The notes under the pieces: model-generated
The model's database searches: none
Told to the model about the DNA's origin: nothing
The model's input: only the letters and a program-made list of their open reading frames with translations
Translations under genes and position numbers: made by a program
Shown here: piece after piece, positions 1-9,793 of the stretch
How the letters are laid out: each line of letters opens with the position of its first letter
Numbering within the stretch: the first letter of the stretch is position 1
Origin: a bacterium
GTDB lineage: Bacteria > Patescibacteriota > Minisyncoccia > Phycocordibacterales > UBA5272
Direction of reading: 5' to 3'
Length of the DNA: 64,000 nucleotides
NCBI GenBank assembly: GCA_023267535.1
Contig: JAHFNC010000002.1
Span: 119,426-183,425 of the forward strand

Positions 1-1073
1 GTGGAAGAGTGATGTTCCCAATCAGAAATGTTTCTGGAGCCACGGTAGGATTTTCTGGAAGAATTCTTCCAGCCTTTGTTGATCCAACTAAAGAGGCTGG
101 AAAATATGTAAACACTCCCGAGACTCCGCTTTATCACAAATCAAAAATTTTATTCGGTTACGACACTGCTAAAAAAGGAATGCATGAAAAGAAAGAAGTA
201 GTTGTCGTTGAGGGGCAAATGGATTTGTGTATGAGTTATCAAGCAGGTGTCTATAACACCGTTGCTGTTTCCGGAACTGCTTTTACTGATGAACATATAA
301 ATTTGGTAAAAAGATTTTGTGATAAAGTAATTCTTTCTTTTGATACTGACAATGCTGGACAAAATGCTTTGAAAAAAACTGCTTTAATGTGTTTGTTTGG
401 TGGGCTTGATGTCTATGTGGTAGATGATATTGGAACCAAAGATCCGGCGGATTTAATTTTACAAAATAAAGATTTGTGGATTAAAGCCATTGAAAACAGA
501 AAACATATTATAGAATTTATAACTAAAAAAGTTTTGTCCGAAAACAAAGACGAAAGGGAAGCTGGAAGAAAAATTGTTCTTGAGGTTTTACCTTTTATTC
601 GTGCTGTGCAATCTCCAGTTGATAGAAATTATTTTATAAAATTAGTTTCTAACAAATCAAAAATAAATGAACAAACTTTGTTGGAAGAACTTTCTAGAGG
701 AATTTCTCTAAGAGAGGAGGTGGAAGAAATAACAAACACTGCCCCTAAAATGAAATCAAAAGAAAAATTAGCCAGAGAGTTAATGGCTTTTATACATTGG
801 AAAAATTTATTTGACGATGAAATGATAAAGGATTTAAATATCGATAAAAACCAATTTCCAGATGCAGTAATACAGGAAGAAATTTTTGTGCTTGAAGAAA
901 AGCTTATTGGCAATCATAATTCTTATATAAAAGACTTAATTAGAAACTATAAAAAGGAAATGTATAAAGAGGAATTGGAAATATTGAAAAGTAAATTAAA
1001 AGACGAGGACGTTAATAGTGATGAGATTCTAAAAGAGATATACACAATAGCCACACTATACAAAAATATGTAA
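1..1073 (+). CDS. dnaG: DNA primase DnaG, C-terminal portion (5' end lies outside the window)
   Basis: TOPRIM motifs VVVVEGQMDLCMSYQAG...SFDTDNAGQNA; immediately upstream of rpoD, the classic dnaG-rpoD arrangement. Confidence 0.85.
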   Translation, partial: GRVMFPIRNVSGATVGFSGRILPAFVDPTKEAGKYVNTPETPLYHKSKILFGYDTAKKGMHEKKEVVVVEGQMDLCMSYQAGVYNTVAVSGTAFTDEHINLVKRFCDKVILSFDTDNAGQNALKKTALMCLFGGLDVYVVDDIGTKDPADLILQNKDLWIKAIENRKHIIEFITKKVLSENKDEREAGRKIVLEVLPFIRAVQSPVDRNYFIKLVSNKSKINEQTLLEELSRGISLREEVEEITNTAPKMKSKEKLARELMAFIHWKNLFDDEMIKDLNIDKNQFPDAVIQEEIFVLEEKLIGNHNSYIKDLIRNYKKEMYKEELEILKSKLKDEDVNSDEILKEIYTIATLYKNM

Positions 1074-1101
1074 GCGTGATACAATACGCGCTACGCATTT
1101 T

Positions 1102-2550
1102 ATGGCGAAAAAAGTGTCTTTAAAAAAGAAGAGCGTGAGGAGATCACCTACAAAAAAAGTAAGTAGATCAAAGAAAAATACGGCTAAAACCGTATCAAAA
1201 AAAGTAAACACTAAAAAATCTGTTACTAAAAAATCAAAAAAAGTACAGACTAAAAAGAATTCTGCGAAGACAAAGAATAAGCCATCTCTAAAAAAGAAGA
1301 CTGTAAAGAAATCAGTAAAAGTAAAGAAAGCCTTCAAAAAGGCTTCTGTTAAGCGTCTCCCTAAAAAAGTTTCTACTAAAAAAACTAAAGTAACTAAAGT
1401 TAAAAAAACAAAAGAAAATAAATATAAGCCAAAAGCTTTTACTATTAAAACAGGGCCAACAAAGGCGCGTGTTGAGACTAAACCAAAAAAAATAAGTACC
1501 CGCGAACAAAACGAGCAAGAGCTTTTACAAAAAGGAAAAGAAAGAGGCTTCATTACTTATGATGAAATCATCAAATATTTCCCAACTATAGAAAATGACA
1601 TTATATATTTGGAAGAATTGTATGAAAAGTTAAGCAAAGCTGGCGTTGACGTCTTAGAAGGTGGAAACATTTTGGATATGGATGATGATATTGCCAAGCT
1701 TGGGAAAGAAGATGGTTCACACGATAGTATTCAAATGTATCTACGCGAAATCGGACAATATCCGCTTATTTCAGGTGATGATGAAAAAGAATTAGCTCAA
1801 AGAATTGAAAGGGGAGATATGGAAGCTAAAAATGTTTTAGCTAAGGCTAACCTTCGTCTGGTGGTCTCTATCGCTAAAAAGTATGTCGGCCGATCGTCAG
1901 ACCTTACTTTACTTGATCTTATCCAAGAAGGAAACTTGGGTTTGTTCAAAGCGGTTGAGAAATTTGATTGGAATAAAGGTTATAAGTTTTCTACTTATGC
2001 TACTTGGTGGATAAGACAAGCCATCACTAGAGCTTTAGCCGATCAATCAAGGACTATTCGTATTCCTGTTCACATGGTAGAAACTATTGCTAAATACAAG
2101 CAAGTTGTTCGTAGATTGTCTCAAGATTTGGGTCGCGATCCACTTGCCGAAGAAATTGCTACTGAAATGAATGTTGATGTGGAAAAAATTCACATTATTG
2201 AAAACATTAATCAAGAAACAATTTCTTTGGAAAAACCGATTGGAGATGATGATGACAAATCAACTCTTGGTGAATTTATTGCTGATGATAAAATATTATC
2301 GCCAGACCAAGAGTCATCTAGGAGAATTCTAGCAGATCAAATTAATGAAATATTAGGAGATTTGTCTGACAAAGAAAGAAGAATTGTTGAAATGAGAAAT
2401 GGATTAGGAGATTATGACGGAGTGATGCATACCCTTGAAGAAGTGGGAGCAGAATTTGGTGTTACTCGCGAAAGAATTCGTCAGATTGAAGCTAAGGTTC
2501 ATGAGAAAATCCGTTCACATGATAAAGCAGAGCGTCTTCGCAACTACTAG
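1102..2550 (+). CDS. rpoD: RNA polymerase sigma-70 factor RpoD with a roughly 140 aa Lys/Ala/Thr-rich histone-H1-like N-terminal extension
   Basis: Sigma-70 regions 2 to 4 (DLIQEGNLGLFKAVEKFD, STYATWWIRQAITRA, region 4 HTH); the N-terminus is KKxSxK repeats. Confidence 0.9.
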   Translation: MAKKVSLKKKSVRRSPTKKVSRSKKNTAKTVSKKVNTKKSVTKKSKKVQTKKNSAKTKNKPSLKKKTVKKSVKVKKAFKKASVKRLPKKVSTKKTKVTKVKKTKENKYKPKAFTIKTGPTKARVETKPKKISTREQNEQELLQKGKERGFITYDEIIKYFPTIENDIIYLEELYEKLSKAGVDVLEGGNILDMDDDIAKLGKEDGSHDSIQMYLREIGQYPLISGDDEKELAQRIERGDMEAKNVLAKANLRLVVSIAKKYVGRSSDLTLLDLIQEGNLGLFKAVEKFDWNKGYKFSTYATWWIRQAITRALADQSRTIRIPVHMVETIAKYKQVVRRLSQDLGRDPLAEEIATEMNVDVEKIHIIENINQETISLEKPIGDDDDKSTLGEFIADDKILSPDQESSRRILADQINEILGDLSDKERRIVEMRNGLGDYDGVMHTLEEVGAEFGVTRERIRQIEAKVHEKIRSHDKAERLRNY

Positions 2551-2672
2551 AAACAAATAAAATCACTTCATCTGCTTTGTTAAAAGAAATTTTTATTTCG
2601 TCACTGTACATTTAAGTACACATCCTTATAAAAATTTCTTTTGCCTCGCATCTAAAACAATTTTATTTGTTT
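2551..2672. repeat. Intergenic structured repeat family 1, copy A (conserved TCATCTGCTTTGTT ... CCTCGCATCTA core inside a 13 bp covarying outer stem)
   Basis: Outer arms aaacaaataaaat / attttatttgttt; inner stem agaaatttttat / ataaaaatttct; hairpin tgtac-attta-agtaca; homologous to the copies at 9310, 11806, 25506 and 61302. Confidence 0.7.
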
Positions 2673-2716
2673 CTATTGTGCCTACGGTTTGGATTTTGTA
2701 ATTAATTATAATTAAA

Positions 2717-2750
2717 AAAGAAAAGCGCGCCCTTAGGGCGCGCTTTTCTA
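2717..2750. terminator. Bidirectional intrinsic terminator between the convergent rpoD and Y/N-rich protein genes
   Basis: GC hairpin agcgcgccc-tta-gggcgcgct with an A-run before and a T-run after. Confidence 0.7.
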
Positions 2751-2773
2751 CGAGCTACTGACTATAAGCTAAC

Positions 2774-3328
2774 CTAGTATCCAGAATAGAAATATGAGCC
2801 ATTACACGATGAAGTGTAAATGAAATTTCCCCAAGAGTCGTAATAGCCACAAGAACTGGAATTGTTATTGTAGCTATTATAATTGCTGTAAGAATTTGAA
2901 TATGAATTATATGGATATGAATAATTGGATCCATAATCATCATAGTCGTTATCATAATCATTATGATAATTCATCATTGTTGGATAAGTGTAGTTGTTGT
3001 AATTATTGTTGTAATTATACGGATATGGTTGTATTTGTCGCGTATAATTGTTGCAGGTATAAACAGTATTTACTAAGACACGAGTGTAAGAATTGTAATA
3101 ATAGGTATAGCAACCGTTGCTGTAAGTATAGGTACTATTGTAATTCATATTAGAGTAAGAATTATTATAAGTCGGTGTGTACATGGTTGAAGTGTACATA
3201 CTTGGCATATACATATAGTTGTTATACCCGTAAGAATAAGCAGCAGAAACTAACCCTGTTCCAAGAACTAAAAACATTGATCCAAACACGATTGTAAAAA
3301 ATATTTTTTTCATAGTATTTATAATCAA
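2774..3328 (-). CDS. Secreted Tyr/Asn/Ser-rich low-complexity protein with 4 Cys
   Basis: Signal peptide MKKIFFTIVFGSMFLVLGTGLVSAAYS, then YNNxYN-type low complexity. The overlapping + ORF 2896-3153 is a frame artefact. Confidence 0.5.
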   Translation of the reverse strand: MIINTMKKIFFTIVFGSMFLVLGTGLVSAAYSYGYNNYMYMPSMYTSTMYTPTYNNSYSNMNYNSTYTYSNGCYTYYYNSYTRVLVNTVYTCNNYTRQIQPYPYNYNNNYNNYTYPTMMNYHNDYDNDYDDYGSNYSYPYNSYSNSYSNYNSYNNNSSSCGYYDSWGNFIYTSSCNGSYFYSGY

Positions 3329-3449
3329 TTACCTTATATACTCTCGTTATATTCCTTTTTTGTTTTCTAGTCAAGACCCATCAATTATTTACCATAAAAT
3401 AAGGAAAATAAAAGTGCTGACAACCTTACGATTATCAGCACTATTCTAA

Positions 3450-4187
3450 TTACACTTGTGGCATAAGCCAAGATATTAGCCACATTGGTGGTTCTTTCTT
3501 ATTACCTATATTTTTTGCTTTAAACATTAGTCTCCGTCCGTACCTCAGTTGCTCCATCTCATCAAATTTTTGTAGGTCCTCGAATCTACAAATAAAGACG
3601 GGTTCAATTGTTCCGCCAAGTTCATCCATTAATTTTTTTAGAAGTCCTGAATGTTCTTTTGATATACCTGAAGTTTCCTCTTCAGCTATATTGGATATTC
3701 TAGAAGCAATAGCTTCAATTTTTTTTGAATGATAACCCATAAACTCTTCTTTTGTTTCTAGTCTCATTTCGTAAAAACCAAACCTACAGCCCATCAGCAA
3801 AGAGAGTATTACAAAAAATTCTTTGTTCTCTTCACCACCATTAACTAATTTTTCAGGCAACTTATCTTTCTTAGCCAATTGTTCCAATACTTGCTTGTGG
3901 TCTCTCCACTCAATAAAAGACAGACCTTCTCTAATAAGAAGTTTTTCCGAAAGGTTTTTCGTGGATTCCTCCGCATCTTCGTTTGTAATGTTTTTTGTAG
4001 CTATTTTTATAAGAGCTATAGGAAGCATTAAGATTGTAACAAACAAGACCACAACTGAAGCAACAAAATCAGATACTTTTGAATGCGGAGGTTTTTCACC
4101 AACGTGTAAGTTTTTTCTACTAGTAATGGCTGAAGAAATTCTGACAGCAGTATGTATATAGGTAATTATAAGGAACAGTTCACGCAT
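3450..4187 (-). CDS. Hypothetical protein with an N-terminal transmembrane helix
   Basis: ORF with a hydrophobic segment VASVVVLFVTILMLPIALI; divergent from obg. Confidence 0.4.
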   Translation of the reverse strand: MRELFLIITYIHTAVRISSAITSRKNLHVGEKPPHSKVSDFVASVVVLFVTILMLPIALIKIATKNITNEDAEESTKNLSEKLLIREGLSFIEWRDHKQVLEQLAKKDKLPEKLVNGGEENKEFFVILSLLMGCRFGFYEMRLETKEEFMGYHSKKIEAIASRISNIAEEETSGISKEHSGLLKKLMDELGGTIEPVFICRFEDLQKFDEMEQLRYGRRLMFKAKNIGNKKEPPMWLISWLMPQV

Positions 4188-4280
4188 AGTTCTCTCCTTG
4201 AGAATTTTGTAAAGCCTGCACCTGATTCTACAACAAAAATATCTTTTGTAAATAAAGCTAATTTATGTTAGATTATATCA

Positions 4281-5261
4281 ATGTTAATTGACCATATCAC
4301 ATTAAATGTAAAGGCCGGAAAGGGAGGGGACGGCGTAGTCAGATGGCGCCGTGAGAAAGGAATTCCATACGGAGGACCAGCGGGCGGTGACGGAGGAAAA
4401 GGCGGAAACGTTTATCTTCGCGTTGTTCGTGATATCGAAGCTCTTTCGGTTTATAAACACAAAACTGAGTGGGATGCTCCAGAGGGAGAGTCAGGACAAA
4501 AAAGAAGTATGCACGGAAAGGGTGCTGAAGATTTATATTTGAATGTTCCGATTGGCTCAGTTATTTATAATCGCGAATACGATATCAAGTACGAGTGCAT
4601 GGAAGAAGGAGAAGAGATTCTTGTTCTTAAGGGTGGAAAAGGTGGACTTGGAAATGAAAATTTTAAATCTGCTACCAACAGAGCACCAATGGAATTTACC
4701 AAAGGTCAGATTGGAGAGTTCGCGACATTTGATGTTGAACTTGAACTAATTGCTGACGCTGGAATAATTGGTCTACCAAACGCCGGAAAATCATCACTAC
4801 TGAATTCTTTAACTAGAGCTGGAGCCAAAGTTGGCGATTATCAATTCACCACTCTTGAGCCAAACTTAGGCGCTTATTATAAATACGTTTTAGCCGACAT
4901 CCCAGGACTCATAGAAGGTGCGAGTGAAGGAAAAGGGCTCGGTCACAAATTTTTAAAGCACATCAGAAGAACAAGAGAATTAGTTCACTTAGTGTCAGCT
5001 GAAAATGAAGACATCAAGCAAGCTTACAAAACTATTCGCGAAGAACTTGGAAAATTTGATAAAGAACTTTTGAAAAAAGAAGAAATGGTGGTGTTGTCAA
5101 AATCAGATACTGTATCAGAAAAAGATTTAGAGAAGAAGAGAAAAGATTTGGAGAAAGTAAGTAAAAGAGAAGTAACCGTCTTATCTTTATTTGAAGACAA
5201 ATCCGTAAAAGAATTTGGTGATAGATTTATTAAGTCTATGGAAAAGGGGATGTTGGAATAA
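4281..5261 (+). CDS. obg: GTPase Obg/CgtA
   Basis: Obg fold N-domain (KAGKGGDGVVRWRREKGIPYGGPAGGDGGKGGNVYL), G1 GLPNAGKSSLLN, DIPGLIEGA. Confidence 0.9.
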   Translation: MLIDHITLNVKAGKGGDGVVRWRREKGIPYGGPAGGDGGKGGNVYLRVVRDIEALSVYKHKTEWDAPEGESGQKRSMHGKGAEDLYLNVPIGSVIYNREYDIKYECMEEGEEILVLKGGKGGLGNENFKSATNRAPMEFTKGQIGEFATFDVELELIADAGIIGLPNAGKSSLLNSLTRAGAKVGDYQFTTLEPNLGAYYKYVLADIPGLIEGASEGKGLGHKFLKHIRRTRELVHLVSAENEDIKQAYKTIREELGKFDKELLKKEEMVVLSKSDTVSEKDLEKKRKDLEKVSKREVTVLSLFEDKSVKEFGDRFIKSMEKGMLE

Positions 5262-5334
5262 TTTGCCAAATATTTAATTTTGTGTTAATGTAATGTCTGT
5301 TGCACTTTTTTGACATTAAACAAGGGATTGGTTT

Positions 5335-5667
5335 ATGAAAAGTTCCGTGAGAGCTAGAGCTGTTGTTGTTGAAGCCCCTGTGAAAATTCGCGTCGAAACA
5401 GATGATTCTGGGGAGATTTTCCGTTTTTGTACTAAAGAGGACGGGAGAATTGTTTTCGAAATCATCAGGATAAAAATGACGGTTGATGGTCTGGGGGTTT
5501 ACCAAAAGGGAAGAAATACTGCTTTGCTAGAAGCATGTCGGCTTGCCGTTGATGTGGTTCGTGCGCGTGGTAAGTCAATCTATCTTATTTTCAAAGACAG
5601 AGAGAGAAGGTATCTCGTCGAAGCCGAGTCGTCTCCCTTTGAAATCGAACACTTTTTGTTGAGTTGA
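5335..5667 (+). CDS. Small hypothetical protein on a GC-rich patch
   Basis: 110 aa ORF, noticeably GC-richer than its neighbours, followed by a hairpin terminator at about 5676-5705. Confidence 0.35.
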   Translation: MKSSVRARAVVVEAPVKIRVETDDSGEIFRFCTKEDGRIVFEIIRIKMTVDGLGVYQKGRNTALLEACRLAVDVVRARGKSIYLIFKDRERRYLVEAESSPFEIEHFLLS

Positions 5668-5711
5668 TTTTGCAAACACAGTCCATGTACGGGCTGTGTT
5701 TTATTTTTCCT

Positions 5712-6296
5712 TTACTTGGACAACAAATTTTTCCTTTCTCCAGGAGTTATCAATCCTATGTGTTTATCATTAATGCCCATACAAAAGGATAATGTAGAAG
5801 AGACAGAATTTGAATTCTCTGTTTGTCCGTTTAATGCAAAACCATAAGGTGGGTAATTAATAGTTTTCTTATTTATTTCCTCTTTGCAGTTCTCAGCTTT
5901 ACTCCAAAGATTTTCCATATCTGCCTCCGTTCCTTGAGCAAGTACAATCCCAGGATATGTTTTTTCTAAAGCAGGATTTCTTGGACCATCAAATTCCCAA
6001 ACTTTTAATAGGTCACTGTATTTTGTTCCGATATATTTCCAAGTGTTAGTGTTACTGTCAGTAGCTAACCCATGCAACTCTTTTACTATTTGATTATTTT
6101 CATCACGAAGAACTAAAAAATTATGTCCAGTAAAACCAAATACAAGAGGGTGTTGCATTTTTTCTATACTCCACATTCCAAGTACTAATTTTGGTGTCGG
6201 CTTAACTATTGGATTATGAGTAATCAAATATAAAAACACTAAAATAAATAAACTTAAGATAGAGTCTTTTCTAAATTGTGGAGTAAAGATATTCAT
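5712..6296 (-). CDS. Hypothetical secreted or membrane-anchored protein
   Basis: N-terminal hydrophobic segment ILSLFILVFLYLITH; no recognisable domain. Confidence 0.4.
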   Translation of the reverse strand: MNIFTPQFRKDSILSLFILVFLYLITHNPIVKPTPKLVLGMWSIEKMQHPLVFGFTGHNFLVLRDENNQIVKELHGLATDSNTNTWKYIGTKYSDLLKVWEFDGPRNPALEKTYPGIVLAQGTEADMENLWSKAENCKEEINKKTINYPPYGFALNGQTENSNSVSSTLSFCMGINDKHIGLITPGERKNLLSK

Positions 6297-6313
6297 AATT
6301 TTAAGTTACACAA

Positions 6314-7723
6314 TTAAAATTGTTTGATTATTTCTTGAAACATTTGTGGATTTCCACTTCCTTTACTTTCTTTCATACACTGACCGACAAAAAACATTAA
6401 TAGCTTTTCATTACCACCCTTAAATTCATTCCACTGTGTTTCGTTTGCTTTTGCTACAGTTTCTACAATTTTCTTTAATGCTTCAATATCATTCTTCTGG
6501 ATTAATCCTAATTCTTCAGCCTTTTTCTTAACATCTAAATTTTTATCAGTTAGCATAAAAGGAAGTAAATCCTTTGCTCCGCGAGAGGATAATTCATTTG
6601 CAACAATCATATCAATTAATTCTCTAAAAGATTCTATTGATGGGAAATTAGAAGAGATAAGTTCCTTACTATCTTTTTTAAGAAGACCAAAAATATCTGC
6701 CACTAAATAGTTTGATGCTAGATTAGCATAATCATTATTTTTTCCTTCAATTACTTTTTCAAAATAATCTGCAGTAGACATATCGTTTAGAATTATTTCT
6801 ACGGCTTCATCTTTAAGTGATAATGATTTATATTTTTCTCGTCTTTCTTTTGGAAGTTCTGGAAGTTCTTTTTTCAATTCTTCAATATCAAAAAGTTCTG
6901 ACAAATAAAGTTTTGGAAGATCGGGGTCAGGGAAATAACGATAATCATGAGCATTTTCTTTTTTGCGTTGACTGAAAGTTATTTGTTTGGTTTCATCCCA
7001 TCCGCGAGTTTCTTGAACAATTACACCTCCTTCATTTAAAACTTCAATATGTCGCGCGATTTCAAATTTTATTGCTTCTTCTACTGAGCGAAACGAGTTT
7101 AAATTTTTTACTTCAACTTTTGTGCCGAATTTTGAATCTTTTGAAACAGAAATATTTGCTTCCACTCTCATTTGTCCCATTTCCATATTGGCTTCGGATG
7201 CTCCCACATAACGAAGTATCCTTTGAAGTTCTCTGGCGAAATTTCCAGCGTCTTCAGCATTGTGAATAACTGGCTCAGTAACAAGCTCCATAAGAGGAAC
7301 TCCTGCGCGATTAAAATCAATCAAAGTGTAACCGTCGTTATCATGACCAGACTTGGCAGTATCTTCTTCCAAATGAATACGAGTAAGAGCAATACCTTTT
7401 ATTTCTCCATTTGATACGATAGGGAGCTTGTATTGTGATAACTGATAACCTTTTGGAATATCTGGGTAAAAATAATTTTTTCTATCAAATTCTGTAAAGT
7501 CGGCAATATCTGCACCAACTGACAATCCAACTTTTATTACTTTTCTTATAGCTTCTTTATTTGGAACGGGGAGTGTTCCAGGGTGTGCCATACACACTTC
7601 ACAAATATTTGTATTTGGCTTCTCTGCATTTGGGTCATTCTTACAACCACACCACATTTTGGAATTGGTGTGTAATTCGGCGTGTATTTCAAGACCTATG
7701 GTTGGAGTGTATTCGTTAGACAT
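6314..7723 (-). CDS. gatB: Asp-tRNA(Asn)/Glu-tRNA(Gln) amidotransferase subunit B
   Basis: N-terminus MSNEYTPTIGLEIHAELHTNSKMWCGC...CEVCMAHPGTLPV is typical GatB. Confidence 0.9.
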   Translation of the reverse strand: MSNEYTPTIGLEIHAELHTNSKMWCGCKNDPNAEKPNTNICEVCMAHPGTLPVPNKEAIRKVIKVGLSVGADIADFTEFDRKNYFYPDIPKGYQLSQYKLPIVSNGEIKGIALTRIHLEEDTAKSGHDNDGYTLIDFNRAGVPLMELVTEPVIHNAEDAGNFARELQRILRYVGASEANMEMGQMRVEANISVSKDSKFGTKVEVKNLNSFRSVEEAIKFEIARHIEVLNEGGVIVQETRGWDETKQITFSQRKKENAHDYRYFPDPDLPKLYLSELFDIEELKKELPELPKERREKYKSLSLKDEAVEIILNDMSTADYFEKVIEGKNNDYANLASNYLVADIFGLLKKDSKELISSNFPSIESFRELIDMIVANELSSRGAKDLLPFMLTDKNLDVKKKAEELGLIQKNDIEALKKIVETVAKANETQWNEFKGGNEKLLMFFVGQCMKESKGSGNPQMFQEIIKQF

Positions 7724-7767
7724 TTGTAAATTGTATCAAAAAATGTCTATTTTTTAAAGCCCGTTAT

Positions 7768-8628
7768 TTATTTAATTATCTCGGCGATTTCTTTGTATTT
7801 TGCATTCCAAGTCTGTTGGCGTTTTGCATATTGCATACTTTTGTTAATTATTTCTTCCTTCATTTCATTTTCACTAATTTCTCCTTCCAAATATTTTCCA
7901 ATGTATTTATATTCCAAACCAAACCTTTTCATCTCGTCAGAGTTATATCCTTTTTTCATTATTTTTTTGACTTCATCAATCATTCCCAGTTTTAATCTTT
8001 TTTCTAATCTTTTGGTTATTCTTTCTTTTAATATTTCACGAGTTGGATTTAGTAAATATATTTTTGTTTTAAAACGAAGAGATGGTGTTTCTTGTGTTGG
8101 CACTTCACCCAACTCTTCTATTATTTCAAGAGCTCGAACAAGTCGGACACGATTGTATTTATCTATATCTTTTCCACGACGAGAATCTTTTTTTAATAAT
8201 TCTTCAAACAGCTCTTCTGTTTTTTTATTTTCCAAAATATCTCGTAATTTTTTATTTGGCTCTACTTTTGGAATTTCTTGATCAAAAATAATTGAGTCAA
8301 TATATTGTCCTGTGCCACCACAGATGATTGGAGTTTTACCACGAGAAAAAATATCTTCAATTATTGGAAGTGCTAAGCGCTTGTATTCGGCTACAGAAAA
8401 TTCTGTAGGAATATCTGCGACATCAAGCATATAATGCTTTACTCCTTTCATTTCTTTTTTTGTGATTTTGCCAGTGCCTAAATCAAGCCCTTTAAATATT
8501 TGCCGACTATCAGCACTTATTATCTCGCCATTATTTTTCAAAGCTAAATCAACAGCGAAATCTGATTTTCCACTGGCTGTTGGGCCAACCACCACGATTA
8601 TTTCCTTTTCAGTTTGATTTTTCGTCAT
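7768..8628 (-). CDS. miaA: tRNA dimethylallyltransferase
   Basis: P-loop VVVGPTASGKS; SADSRQIFKGLDLGTGKIT. Confidence 0.85.
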   Translation of the reverse strand: MTKNQTEKEIIVVVGPTASGKSDFAVDLALKNNGEIISADSRQIFKGLDLGTGKITKKEMKGVKHYMLDVADIPTEFSVAEYKRLALPIIEDIFSRGKTPIICGGTGQYIDSIIFDQEIPKVEPNKKLRDILENKKTEELFEELLKKDSRRGKDIDKYNRVRLVRALEIIEELGEVPTQETPSLRFKTKIYLLNPTREILKERITKRLEKRLKLGMIDEVKKIMKKGYNSDEMKRFGLEYKYIGKYLEGEISENEMKEEIINKSMQYAKRQQTWNAKYKEIAEIIK

Positions 8629-8696
8629 TTAGTTTTATTATGTATTTATACAATCCTTTTACCAAATTATCAACTTATTAAATTAATAAAATAAAT

Positions 8697-9305
8697 ATGA
8701 CAAATACAAATGATTTTTCTTATGATTCGTTAGAATATGAAGTTCCGATTGTTGGAACCAAGATTCCTGATTTTTCTATGCAAGCTCTTATTGATGGAAA
8801 AATAAAAAAAGTTTCTTTATCAGATTACAATGGCAAGTGGTTTGTTTTGTTTTTCTATCCAGCCAATTTTACTTTTGTCTGTCCGACAGAACTTGAGGAA
8901 CTTGCCAAGATGTATCCAAATTTTCAAAAAATAAATTGCGAAATACTTTCCGTTTCTACCGACACCGCTTACGCACACAAAGCTTGGAGGGATGTTTCTC
9001 CAGCTATTAAGCAAGTTAATTATCCAATGCTATCGGACGCCAGTCACGAGTTATCAACTTACTGTAATGTTTTGCTTCCAGAAGAAGGAGTAACACTTAG
9101 GGGGACATTTATTGTTGATCCAGATGGAATTATAAAAGGAATAGAAGTTAATGATAATTCAATCGGTAGATCAGCTAAAGAACTTTTGAGAAAAGTTAAG
9201 GCAGGACAATTTGTTCGTGAACACGGTGATCAGGTTTGCCCAGCTTCTTGGGAGGAAGGGGATTCTACTTTAACTCCAAGTTCCGAACTAGTCGGAAAAA
9301 TATAG
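8697..9305 (+). CDS. 2-Cys peroxiredoxin (AhpC/Tsa family)
   Basis: FTFVCPTE peroxidatic cysteine motif; C-terminal resolving Cys. Confidence 0.85.
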   Translation: MTNTNDFSYDSLEYEVPIVGTKIPDFSMQALIDGKIKKVSLSDYNGKWFVLFFYPANFTFVCPTELEELAKMYPNFQKINCEILSVSTDTAYAHKAWRDVSPAIKQVNYPMLSDASHELSTYCNVLLPEEGVTLRGTFIVDPDGIIKGIEVNDNSIGRSAKELLRKVKAGQFVREHGDQVCPASWEEGDSTLTPSSELVGKI

Positions 9306-9309
9306 TCAT

Positions 9310-9426
9310 ACACGAAAAATTACTTCATCTGCTTTGTTGTAACTTCATTTTTGTCGGTCGTCGTACTAGTTGTACGCCTTTTTCCAAAAATTCGTTACGC
9401 CTCGCATATAAAGTAATTTTTCGTGT
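9310..9426. repeat. Intergenic structured repeat family 1, copy B
   Basis: Perfect 16 bp outer arms acacgaaaaattactt / aagtaatttttcgtgt; core TCATCTGCTTTGTTG ... cgtac-tagtt-gtacg ... CCTCGCATATA. Confidence 0.7.
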
Positions 9427-9442
9427 ATTTGGGTTTAGAAAA

Positions 9443-9480
9443 AATAAAGGGCGACACCTTCGGTGTCGCCCTTTATTTTG
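9443..9480 (+). terminator. Intrinsic terminator
   Basis: aaagggcgacacc-ttcg-gtgtcgcccttt followed by a T-run. Confidence 0.7.
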
Positions 9481-9493
9481 CTATAATATTTCT

Positions 9494-9730
9494 ATGATTA
9501 TTATATATACAATGGATAACTCTCCAGATTGTGAAAAAGTTAAAGATTCTTTTTTAGGAAAGATGTCAGGATTTGAAGAAAGAAATATTTCTCATAATGA
9601 ACAATATAAAAAAGAATTAATTGGAAAAGGAGGAAAACAACAAGTGCCATTTATGGTGGACACTATGGCTAATGTCATGATGTATGATACTGATGATATT
9701 TTAGACTATCTAAACGAAGGGGTGTTTTAA
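9494..9730 (+). CDS. Glutaredoxin/NrdH-like small thioredoxin-fold protein
   Basis: YTMDNSPDCEKVK ... QVPFMVD matches the glutaredoxin pattern. The start is uncertain between 9494 and 9512; the ORF track N-terminal extension is rejected. Confidence 0.55.
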   Translation: MIIIYTMDNSPDCEKVKDSFLGKMSGFEERNISHNEQYKKELIGKGGKQQVPFMVDTMANVMMYDTDDILDYLNEGVF

Positions 9731-9745
9731 AATGTTTGTATTACA

Positions 9746-9781
9746 AAAGCGCGCCCTTCGGGCGCGCTTGTTTTGTTTTTA
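9746..9781 (+). terminator. Intrinsic terminator
   Basis: aaagcgcgccc-ttcg-ggcgcgctt followed by a T-run. Confidence 0.7.
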
Positions 9782-9793
9782 TACTTTTTGTGT

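Noticed and set aside
1056-1553. Antisense ORFs 1056-1553 and 1312-1518 inside rpoD
   Set aside because: They are artefacts of the lysine-codon-rich repetitive region of rpoD, reading as Phe-rich on the opposite strand.
2896-3153. Plus-strand ORF overlapping the Y/N-rich gene
   Set aside because: It is a low-complexity frame artefact. The minus-strand frame has a signal peptide and a plausible start.
9236-9493. Upstream extension of the glutaredoxin-like ORF (9236 start)
   Set aside because: It would overlap the peroxiredoxin 3' end, repeat copy B and a terminator. The conserved Grx-like sequence begins near 9494-9512.
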